Shown here piece by piece: positions 1 to 64,000 of a DNA stretch of 64,000 bases. The stretch covers positions 164,176,001 through 164,240,000 of the forward strand of contig NC_043000.1 in the NCBI RefSeq assembly GCF_006345805.1, read 5' to 3'. Made by a program: the position numbers and the translations under genes. How positions within the stretch are numbered: the stretch's first letter is position 1; the number at the start of each line of letters is the position of its first letter. The notes below the pieces were generated by a model, which had not been told where the DNA came from, searched no databases, and was given only the letters and a program-made list of their open reading frames with translations. The DNA is from Octopus sinensis (Eukaryota).

Positions 1-18
1 GTGCTATTTGTAGTATGT

Positions 19-260
19 GAAGGCGCATGGCTCAGTGGTTAGAGCGTCGAGCTTACGATCGTAAGGTTGTGAGTTCGATTCCCGGACCGGGCTGCGTGTT
101 GTGTTCTTAAGCAAGACACTTTATTTCACGTTGCTCCAGTTAACTCAGCTGTAGAAATGAGTTGCGACATCACTGGTGCCAAGCTGTTCGGCGGAAGACG
201 CGTATAGAATAAGTACCTGGCTTAAAACCTAAGTCCTGGGATCGATTTATTTGACTAAAC
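19..260 (+). mobile_element. tRNA(Arg)-derived SINE; relatives at 5538-5840 (-), 17380-17572 (-), 36612-36862 (-), 41340-41520 (-), 50580-50898 (-)
   Basis: GGCTCAGTGGTTAG A-box, ACG anticodon-like loop, GAGTTCGATTCCC B-box, shared core GTGTTGTGTTCTTAAGCAAGACACTTTATTTCACGTTGCTCCAG. Confidence 0.85.
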
Positions 261-764
261 CAGTCAAGAGTAAATGCGGCCCGAGTAACTTTGTAAATGG
301 CACCTTCAACAAAATTTTTTTTACTTCAGTATTGTTAGCCCTCACTGCAAACAAACTGATGAAGAACGATGTCTCATGCGGCTCGCTTCTCAAAAATGGT
401 TGCCGATGGCTGGACTGGATCCTTCAAGGTATTTCCCCAGCGTAGCCGTAGTCTAATAACTGCAACAAGTAAAAGGTAAAAGATAATTATCCTATATGTT
501 ATAGTCCTTTTTGCTAAAGGCACAATTTTGGGAAGGGGGAAGTCGATTACATCGACCCAGTATTTCACTGGTACTTATTTTATTGACCCCGAAATGCTGA
601 AAGGCAAAGTCAACCCCGGCGGAATTTGAACTCAGAACGTAAAGAAGGACGAAATGTCGCTAAACATTTTGCACGGCGCGCAAACAATTCTGCCGGTTCG
701 CCACCTTCTCTACAAAGAATAATAATAATAATAATAATAATATAATAATAATAATAATAATAAT

Positions 765-1285
765 CAGGAGGAGGATCCCTTGTTCATGGCAAATATGTGG
801 CCCGTAGTAAACAAGCTGTTGTTGACAGAACCCCACCTATCAATGGCTACGAAGCTCAGTGCTAAAGGCAGAGAGTGAAGGCTTCATCTTAGCAGCTCAA
901 GATCAAAGATTATTGATCGAAAACCTCCAAGTCAATGTGATAAAAAATAGAGCTGAATCTGCAATGATGAGATTGTGACAGTTGACCATTTAACTTCTGG
1001 ATGTAAAGTTTTAGCTCCAGTCATGATTGATTTGGTTGATATCTACACTGATTAATATGTCAGCATTATAAATTCAAAACTGTTGACAGGTGGTAGGGTA
1101 TCACTCTGAGGCTGTAAATGAGGGAGAAAAGGAAATCCTTCTTTGAGACATTTCTGTACATACAGAAAGAGCCATCAAAGCTAATGAAGAGGATATTGAT
1201 GTAAAAGAGAAAAATAATAAAGTCTGTTGATTGACATGAGTATCTCCTGTGATCGAATATATTGCAGTAAAAGAAGCCAACAGCA
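765..1285 (+). mobile_element. Decayed R4/Dong-like fragment (CCHC to RLE region)
   Basis: HGKY, KAESEGFILAAQDQ, TVDHLTSGC and WDISVHTERAIKAN-like pieces; begins directly after (AAT)n at 717-763. Confidence 0.78.
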
Positions 1286-4200
1286 CACCTGATTCCCCCA
1301 CCCCCGTTTCTTCCTTTCTTGATGTTATAACTCTAATAGAGAAAATGCAATCTAACACCCGAAGAATCGCGATTTCAACCTAGCGCAGGATCATTCACCT
1401 CCAGTGAAACCAGAAGCACAATATCTCAGTCAGATTGAGAGAATAAATTTTACATGTTAGTTCACTAAGAAATTCGCAAATACATTACAGAAAACATCCA
1501 ATATATAGAATTACTTTCGTATACAGAATAAATTTGTGTGCTGATCGCTATAAGCAAGGATGATACTAGACTCCCAGTGCTTGGTTTGGAATCACCCTTG
1601 GTTTTGAAATGTGATAAAAATAAAATATAACACGGCCTTACATGTTTACTGCTATAACTCTAAGTGATAGAGACAATCTGCAGCCTCTCGAAAAGCTGGG
1701 AACGGCAACCAAATTTCCTCAATATACGCCCTACCGTATGAAAAAGAAGGGAAAACAACGAATGATGTTCTCTTCGATATGCTATACCGGGGTGAAGGAC
1801 GAAATAGTCATGGCTGGAACGCCTTTGCTCAAAGGTCTACTCAGTCAGAGATGATCTGAATCCAAGCAAAACAACGACAGGATGGACATGAATATCAACC
1901 AGTGATAACGAATGACAAACATTTGTCTTCTATTCCAACATGTTTTTGTCTTTATTTTTCTTTCTCTTTATCTTCTTAAAAACTTCAAGTGGTTCCGAAA
2001 TGGTTATAAAGAGCCAAAGCCAACTTATCTATCTTTTTAAGAGGTTAATCTTACCAGTAACAGAGTTGTTCTTATAGAGGAAGCTAATCTATCAGAAATA
2101 GCAAATTTTCTGTATTGGAAAACTTATTCTTCACCGTAAGCTAACTGTAAAAACACAATTGTAAACACAATTGTAAACACAATTATACAGCCCTACTGCT
2201 TTTGCATTGGTGATCTGTTTATTCTTATGATACCGACCTATACCGTCTTTTATTTGAACCACTGAAAGTTTGTCTAATCAAGGAGAAAACACAAATTACT
2301 GTACGATTCAAGTTTAGGTGAAAGAATCTAAAATCTTTTAGTAACAGAAGTTCAGCTCACTGATACTTTGGAAATGATATGCACGTCACAAAATCAATTT
2401 TTTATATCATATCCTTAAAATATACAATCTTTGTGTCTGGTTAGAAAAAAAAACGATAATTTCACGTAGAACTCTAATTAAAATTATATAAACGTGTCAC
2501 AGAAGCATTCATATAAATTCACATCCAGAAATATTTAAGATCTCGTCTACTTTTAAAAGGTTCAGATCGAGACAGTTATAAACTTGAATTAGAACTGACA
2601 CAATGTCGAACGATTATTTGTTGATGCTAAATCATTTTGAATACCCTTCCTCTTTCTTACGGTATAAATCTAACCGAACTAAAAAGCGTCAAAAGATAAG
2701 AAAGCGAAATTTCTGTTTTATGTATAGAAAATTGCTTCGCTACGCAAAACAGAGGAGTTGGATTTTATTCTACTTTCGAGTTTTCTTGTGTTCGGTCTGT
2801 ATTATTGGATTTTTCTGTTCCATGAATTTTGCCTTAAGTAAGTCAACATTTCAAATATTCTAATTTGTTGGGTTTTACCTCTAATTTCTTATTTACTCGT
2901 GTAAATTGACAGCCAGTATCAGTAAAGTGTGAAGGCAGCGAGCTGGCAGAATAGTTAGCACCCCGCAAAAAATACTTAGCGGTATTTCATCCGGCTGTAT
3001 TTTCCGAATGCAAATTCCGCCGAGGTCGACTTTGTCTTTCATCCTTTCGGGTTCGATAAAATAAGTACCAATTGAGTCCTGGGGGTGTTGAGTCAAAATT
3101 TGAAACGAATATCAGTAGAGTGTTAAAAAAAATTGATTGACGTTTTTACTTTTAATAAAATAATTTTTTGTACGATGATTGAAACGTTCTCCATAAATCG
3201 ATATTTGTTTTATTTATTAAGGTGGAAAGAAATACAAAATCTATTCTAGTTGGAAGTATATTTATAAACACAGAAAAATCTGTCAGGCATTTATTTGTGT
3301 TTTACGTCTCTACCAACCGGACTGGCATTACAAATGTATAAATCATTACAAGTTAAAAGTAATGTTCAAGTTTTTAAGATGTGTTGTTTTTGAGTTCCAT
3401 GACCAACCATGAACATACTGTCTATGATGAAAGGCATTCTAGTCACAACCAGCTCGAATTTTAAGCATTATGTACCTCGAACTACATTCTATATGTCATT
3501 TTTTAAGACGCTGGATGCGATTTGCGGGAAGTTTGGCTGCTGTTTCTGACAGATTGAATGATCGCACTTAAGCGATCATAAATGCAGGTAGGTGTTACCG
3601 GGAATAGAAATCGCTTCCATGTATTCCATAGAAATGCAACCTTTGCTTACACTTCTCAGCAACTTACGTAGTTGAACGGTAGAGTTAAAATTGTGAGCTT
3701 TCTCAATTTGAATTTTATATATCAGCTTATACGACTCTACTTGATCCCTGAAATGATCGACGGATTCACAAGGTAGGTTCATCCCACCCCAGCCATTACG
3801 AGTTTATTCATGGCATATTTTTCCTCTTCTTGAAACAGCTATTCCAAATATCAGCCGATTTGTCAAAACTGAGAAAAGTTAGGCTTCTGTTTATTTTTGC
3901 GGCAGAGTTTGTGATCGAACATCAACATGCTATTACAAGCTTTATATATATTATATATAATGTAGACTAGATTACCTTCCATTCCAGTGAATTCTTATGA
4001 GCTGATGTGTTACCCGCTGATCTTACTAGAAGTGCTTTACGACAATAATCTGTGATAGAAATTTAGTCAATGCTAACAATTGAAAGTGGGCGAAAAATCA
4101 TGAAACTGCAGATATTATTTATTAAAACTTATCTATCTCTATGTAATGAACCTTCATAGAGCTAATAAATTGTGCGTAAAATAATGCAAGTGGTTTTAGT

Positions 4201-6793
4201 TCTTGTTGACAAGGGTTCACTTCTCTTATTTGACTGGTGCACTTAAAAAAACGGTATTGATTATAGCAATACCATTAAGAGAATGATATGGCTTTGGGAC
4301 TTGGTGAATAGCAATTTACATTTCTACTTGTGTTGTTTTTTATTCAAATGTCGATAGTTCTCTTTACGAACGATCCTATCTCAATGACTGAGTAAAACAA
4401 TTATTTGTTAACGTACCACTTGGTGATATTTCCTTTACTTTTCACTCTTTTTCATTTTTCTTGCAGCTGATTTGCAGTCCTTATTAGAGTGTGGTGCTCC
4501 AAAAGATTTTGTTTTTGCCACCCTTTGTTTCCTGTGGAGTTATTTAATAAAGTTTCACAGAAGTTGATTAACTTCAGAATAGTAAAGACTTTTCTCCATA
4601 CCAAATGACATTATTACCTCCCTAGTTTAACATCATTCGTTTGTAGCACAATTCAAAGACATAACTGTACACCGCTTTCATGGACTTCTCGTTAAAGAAT
4701 TGAGTGTTTAGTTTATTTTACTACTACACTATTAAATAAATTAATAATTTTAGCTCCTATGTATTATCTAATGTTTAAATAAATGTATGGCTGAATTTGT
4801 ATCAGAACAATAAATTGTGAGGATGGCCGTATCAAACTGCTTCATTCACACAAATACCAGTGGCTAAAAGAATACCATACCAGCATTGCTAGCGGTGCCC
4901 CTGCATGGCCATAGACCAGTGGCTAAAATTATGAAGAGTAATCACTATTAACTTCAGTAACTTGAAAAGAATCAGAAAACGGTCAATGTATTGATGTTGT
5001 TGAAAATTTTTGCATTTTTTAAAAAACATTTCTAGACACAGCCATTCATTTATAAGAAAAGGGTGTAGACCACTTCAGGGGTGTTATTGGTTATGCCTTG
5101 TTATTGGCCAAGGAGAACTGAAAGCTACTGTTAACCTTCAACTATATGCTGCAATGTATGGAGATGGATTTCTTTTTCTTCTTGTAAATGTTTAGGAAAG
5201 TAGAAGTGTGACGGAAACAATGTCTTACAATAAACACTTTGCTTTATCTTGCTGGTGTGGACCACTTTTTATTATTCCGTAGATCGAGCGACTGGATAGT
5301 TTTCTTTAGTAGCTAGTACAATCTTTATCAACATCCAATCTTTATCAAAGGCCATTGACATTTGCTTTGCAATATTTGGTGTTAATGGTCTATGAGCTGC
5401 TACTGGACTGGGGCAATGTGAAATGTCATACCTTACCACAACGCATCGCCCGGTTCGCTAATTGAATGAAACTACCTTATGATCGTGAGCCAAATAGTCT
5501 AAGCACTGAGGCCACGTATCTTTACATGGATAGTCGGAGACCCCCTTCGGTCACGAATGGCCATGGGATTGCACCTAGAAAGTTACCATCCGAGGCACAA
5601 GTCCGGGCGAGGTTGTTTATGGAAGACTAGCAGTCGCCCATTATACCAGCACCACTGATGTTATCCAAGGGAAAAGCAAAGACCTGTGACGTCGCAACTC
5701 ATTTCTACAGCTGAGTGAACTGGAGCAACCTGAAATAAAGTGTCTTGCTCAAGAACATAACACGCAGCCCGGTCCGGGATTCGAACTCACAACCTCACGG
5801 TTGTAAGATCATTGCTCTAACCACTAAGCCATGCGCCTTCATACGTGGATAGTGTAAAAACTAGTAACATACTAAACATCAGTTCCCTATAAGTTCATGA
5901 CGCAGTTACAAGCAACGCTTAGGACTAATCATGTTATTAATACTCCAAACGAGAGTATTAATGGTTCGTATCTTGTAACTACCGCTTTGCAATGTTTAAG
6001 AAACCAGAGGCTTTATGATTTTTAACAGCTTGACGTTCAAATCTTTCTAGGATCAGTGAAGACTTAATTACGCTTGATTTAATCGACCCATCTTCTTTCC
6101 GAGAAATGAATGTCCCAGTAAAACAAATCTCTATTACTTAAATTATTACTATTGTTATAAATTTGGTTGAATTATAATATTTTTAGCTCACTTAGTGGTC
6201 ATCCCTCTTATACGTATGTAATATAATTTTTCTGAATCTTCAGATTTTTCTATATGCTAGACCACTGGTTTTAAATTTATATTAATCAAATTAATATTCA
6301 ATTTTCACCTTTATTATTTTAAATTTATGTGTGTGTGTGTGTGTATGTGTGTGCAAGAGAAAGAGCCATTATAGAGTCATATCTACATTTGGTTTTGTTG
6401 TAAGATTAAGCCCTGTGATTAAACAAGAAGGTATTTCCGGTAACAGAGATTGACTAGTTTCGTTTGGTTTTGACAGCTTAACAGTGGGACTCAACAGTGT
6501 GACTCAACAGGCATAACACATAGATTACAGATTAGAAGCGCTGTGTAATGATATGTACAAATATAAACTTGTTGCCATATTTTTCTTATACTTGTTTTAT
6601 TTATTTGACTGCGGCCATGCTGGAGCACCGCCTTTAGTCGAACAAATCGACCCCAGGACTTAGTCTTTGTAAACCTAGTACTTATTCTATCGGTCTCTTT
6701 TACTCAGTTACTAAGTTACGAGGACGTAAACAGACCAACACCGGTTGTCAAACGATGGTGGGGGAACAAACACAAACACACAAGCACACACAC

Positions 6794-6843
<50 letters not shown>

Positions 6844-6936
6844 GTATATGTATGTATATGTATATGTATATGTATGTATATGTATATATATATGTATATG
6901 TATGTATATGTATAAGTATGTATATGTATGTATATA

Positions 6937-6980
<44 letters not shown>

Positions 6981-8289
6981 TATATACGACGGGCTTCTTT
7001 CAGTTTCCTTCTACCAAATCCACTCACCAGGCTTTGGTCGGCCCGAGGCTGTAGTAGATAACACTTGCCCAAGGTGCCACGCAATGGGACTCAACTCGGA
7101 AGCATATGGATGGGAAGCAAGCTTCTTACAACACACCCACTTCTGCGCCTATTGTCTACATTTTAAGAAATAAACTTTCCGCCATGATCTCTCGGTTGAG
7201 GAGATTAGGCGAATCCTGGTAATATGCGAAATAACAACGAAAACGGTCGATTCGGTCTTTACTCCATGATCCGGAAAAGCGCCGTGGTGAAAGCATGCGA
7301 CATAACTTTCACAGCTAGACTATTCTAAATTGACGGATAGCAAATTACGCAGAGGCTTTCTGCATGAAAAACAGTAATTAAGTTAGTTAACACATTTGAT
7401 ACCTTTATTTTATTTATTTATTTAATGCAACATTGATTTTTCATCGTTTCAATTAATCCTTGATTTTTGTTTCTTCCGCTGTTTTATTGATTCTTCTTTG
7501 AATATTAAGAATTACTTCTGTTCCACATCATATTTTGGACATTATGGAAACCTAACAAAATAAAAAAAAGAACATCATCATGAAGGCGGTGCTCCAGCAT
7601 GGCCGCAGTCAAATGACGGAAACAAGTAAAAGAGTAAAAGAATAAAGAATCATTAATAATGTCAATGTTGTTGGAAAATCCTCATTAACAATGGCATTTC
7701 ATTATTGGATGCCACAGAGGAATCTACAGAGGAATCAATACGGCAGTTTCATCATAATTGCTCTATTTGCTAAAGATAACAGACAAATCTCCCTCAAATC
7801 AAACCCTACTGTCCTAAAAAGGAAGCTTGTCACCGGTATACACAAATATGGGATGGTCATGGATGTAACAAGTTTTACTTAAATAGGGCTGACCTAGGGT
7901 TCAAAATCAACAACAACAACAACAGCAAACTCTCTTCAGTAAACAGCAGCAGCAGCAATGTAAAACTGATGAGTTTTTAGTCAGCACGGCTGACTATAAC
8001 GGTTCAGGTGAACGTTCTTTGTGTGTGTGTGTGTGTGTGTGTGTGCTGAAAACTTCTTGGTAAAAGAAAATACTGGAGGATCAGTTAATTATGATTTCAT
8101 TCAATATATTCTCCTCTTAGATTCACACACTTATTTCAGCGGTCCCTCAATTTTTCCAAACCCTGAAAAAGAACCCAGTAAGTTGGGCCTCCAGCCAGGT
8201 CTTTCACGAGGAGGTTTTCAGTACACCTTATATATATATATCCATCCCCTTCTTCCTAGCTCTCCTGTGTGACCCTTCTGTCCGGCATT

Positions 8290-8460
8290 CGCCATGATAT
8301 ATCGCTAGCCACCACACATTCTTTATTTTCTCTCCTTGTTTCTTTCTGTGTTCCTTTCTGTAGAAGAGCGTAGGCTCGAAACATAAAAGACTTTTTCACT
8401 TCCCGTTTGTTGTCTACACCACCTGTCTTCATCTTCTGGAGTTTTTTTGTGAATTCTCCC
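8290..8460 (+). mobile_element. Short repeat, probably a PLE terminal-repeat remnant; further copies at 17580-17770 (+) and 62990-63180 (-)
   Basis: Shared TTCCTTTCTG..GAAGAGCGTAGGCTCGAAAC.TAAAAGACTTTTTCACTTCCCG; a related motif lies downstream of the GIY-YIG ORF at 60907-60945. Confidence 0.6.
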
Positions 8461-8461
8461 T

Positions 8462-8548
<87 letters not shown>

Positions 8549-8549
<1 letters not shown>

Positions 8550-9020
8550 GAGGGTGAGTCAAAAGGTAATGCCATTTTGTTTAGGACAGGTACAATTACC
8601 AACACAGGAACATGTATCATACGTCAAAATGAAGCTGGTCATCTGTAGATCACATCCCTACTTCACAACATAGTCCCCGTTTTTCTCAATAGCAATGTTC
8701 CACCTTCGAATGAGATCATGTATCCCTGCCCCGTAAAATTCTATTGACTGTTTTTTGAGCCACTTTTTCACTACAGTTTTCACTTCCTCGTCACTGGAAT
8801 AATGTTTGCCTCTCAAACCCTCTTTCATGAGGCCGAAGAGATGATAGTCTGAATGCGCTAAATGTGGTGAGTGCAGGCATTGACCCTGTCAGTCGTGCGT
8901 TCGGTACTCAGCTCTCGCGGTATCCAAGGGGCACACACTTTTGAAAAGCCAAGTGATTCGACAATGTTATAAGTACTTCCATGGCTCACTTCAGGGTTTT
9001 CGGCCAAGCCTGTCTTCTCT
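8549..9020 (-). mobile_element. Mariner transposase 3' fragment with TIR, inserted at TA
   Basis: SDYHLFGLMKEGLRGKHYSSDEEVK..W....EFY.AGIHDLIRRWNIAIEKNGDYV; terminal TA|CGAGGG. Confidence 0.88.
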
Positions 9021-9859
9021 GATCAGATCCTCTGCTTTTGCTTTATAGGCAGGATTCACAGAAGCGGACGGACAGTCAGAACGTATAATTATATATATTT
9101 ATATTACAAATTTGGGATGTGTACCAATAGATAAGCAACTCCTATTTCAGGATAACCTCATGGTATGGTATACACATAGAAAATTAAATCAATTAAGATA
9201 ATTAAAATAACATAAAATAAAATTAGCTAAATAAATATATTTTATCTGTTATTAATCTGTGGGGAAGGAAGGTACTACAAGTAAAAGCTACATTTCTGTG
9301 CTGGTGGGGTGTGTATTAAAGTTATACTTAACATATAACTCCACCAGTGCGTCCGCAGACAATTTACACACATCTCATTGACAAGAGTCAAAAAACTCGA
9401 AACATCGATGTCCCGGTTTCCTATCAGATGGCGACACTGAACGAACTGGGTGTTCTCACACCTTTTTACTATAAGAGAGATTGTTTTTCTCCACGATAAC
9501 TGCAGTGTATTTGCCTTTTAGTTGAAATATGTGACAAACATATTTCATCTAACCTAAATTCTGAATATATATATATATTATATATATTACTTATTATATT
9601 TAACTTTTTTATACTTTTTGGATAGTTTTTAAAAAAATTAAAAGTTTAAAAATCTAAAATTTTAAAAATATAAAAATTTATAAATATAAATCTTTAAATT
9701 TCAAATTTTAATAATTTAAATTTTAAATTTTATATTTTATATATATATATATTGTATATTATATTAATTATATTTATTTCTTATTTTTTATGTTTTGGTT
9801 TATGTCTAACACTGTTTGAGTTGCCTAATAGTGGTTTTATCTCTAATTTAATTTTATAT

Positions 9860-9951
<92 letters not shown>

Positions 9952-10133
9952 GACAGAGATAAAGATGACTTACTCTTGATAATCACCATAAAGGCAATGT
10001 CTTCACTAGTACCTATGCGAACCATATGTTAAAGGTTTCAACAGTTTTTGCAGAATGTAGGGTGGAAGAAGTGGTAGTATAAAAATCTTTCTCATTTTTG
10101 AGTCATTAATATTTGAAATAAAAATGAAAAAAA

Positions 10134-62857
<52,724 letters not shown>

Positions 62858-63178
62858 CTGTATATAAAAAGATAAATTGTTGTTAACGATACCAGAAAAT
62901 CAATACCTTCAGCTAATTTTTTCTCTTAAATTATGTAATGCACGTATATATGAACATCATATATATACATATATACAGAGAGAGAGAGAGAGAGAGTTGA
63001 ACTTTACAGAAAAACAAGGGACAAGACAGGTGTATAAACAACAAGCAAGTGTATTAGTTTGATGCTCGGGAAGGTGAGAAAGTCTTTTACGTTTCGAACC
63101 TATGCTCTCCAACAGAGGAACATGAGGAAATAAACAGAGAGAGAATAAAAATACTTGTGGATTTAGCGGTCGATCATG

Positions 63179-63209
<31 letters not shown>

Positions 63210-64000
63210 TATATATATCATATATATATAGCAGGTTTGAAATGCAATTTTAAAGGTGTTTATTCACTGACCGGTTTCACTGTTTTTAGAAAAAAGATTG
63301 TCAAAAGTAAATGTAAAGATTTGTATAAGCTTGCTGTGTAAAGTACTGGTTTTCGCAAAAGTATTAGAATAAATATATACATTCTTTGATAATAATAATA
63401 ATAAGAAGAAAGTGTTAAAAACAGTTTACAAGGAAATATCTCAGAAAATATTAAACAAAAAGTATTAGGAGTTCAATAAAAATCATGTTTGTTTGGAAGT
63501 ATCTATATATATACACAGACAGAGTATTAGAAGTTCAGTAAAAATTATGTTTGTTTGGTAGTATATATATACACAGAAGGAGATATATTTAGGAGTTTAC
63601 AAAGAATTTGAGATGAACCAACCTGCTTTAGCATTTTCACTTTGTGTGAAGATAAGGGTTGTTTGCTATTTTAAGGGACAGTGTGGGAGGTTGGTTGGGG
63701 TGGGGGAAGGAAGAGTAATGTGAAATTGAAAGGATTTTTTTGTTTCTGAGCTAGTCTGTCATGGAAGTCTGTCAAAGGTAGTAGGGTAGCAAAACGGTTG
63801 AATGCAGAACAAATTATGTCAGCCGCGTCTTTTTTTTTAACGTTCTGGGTTCAGATCCCGCCAGAGATAGCAGTGTTTCCTTCTTTTCACTCCTCCTCAT
63901 GTTTTAAGTTTTAATGTCACTGGAGTTGACTTGGTTTTTATACTACTACCTGAGATCAATACTAAACTTATACTGAAATCCACTTCCATGGACTCCATCG

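Noticed and set aside
19-95. tRNA-Arg-like heads (also 50820-50898 and 44890-44945) as tRNA genes
   Set aside because: No intact acceptor stem; they run into shared SINE bodies
3733-4570. Possible + strand exons (acceptor near 3733 with AAG|GTAGGT donor at about 3775; strong acceptor at 4466)
   Set aside because: Short, no recognisable motif, and the two pieces join to an immediate stop; cannot be supported without RNA data
7965-8010. CTGATGA followed by a hairpin, as a hammerhead
   Set aside because: No GAAA or stem III follows; other CTGANGA hits in Tc1, LINE and exon sequence also lack the fold

Overview
AT-rich, microsatellite-dense metazoan DNA. The SINE families and 5S copy suggest an octopus; this is an inference from pattern recognition, not a database result. 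One protein-coding gene spans most of the window on the minus strand: a NACHT/STAND ATPase plus WD40-repeat protein (NWD1/NWD2-like). I reconstructed 19 GT-AG exons by hand from 62857 down to a stop at 10134 (about 1250 codons); the N-terminus lies beyond the right edge. All junctions are phase-consistent except one, at 46630/45638, which is off by 1 nt. The introns hold tRNA-derived SINEs, R4/Dong-like RLE non-LTR elements that repeatedly abut (TAA)n tracts (one nearly full length), Tx1/L1, CR1, RTE, Tc1/mariner and Helitron remnants, and an orphan 5S rRNA copy. The most notable signal is a set of Penelope-like element (PLE) remnants (RT and GIY-YIG pieces) with type I hammerhead ribozyme motifs at about 24171, 42894, 52856/60674 and 54693, plus degenerate relatives. 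Most lie in inverted duplications next to (AT)n tracts, and several are on the sense strand of the host pre-mRNA. One pair caps a 7.9 kb imperfect palindrome (52841-60739), which may be real or an assembly artefact.
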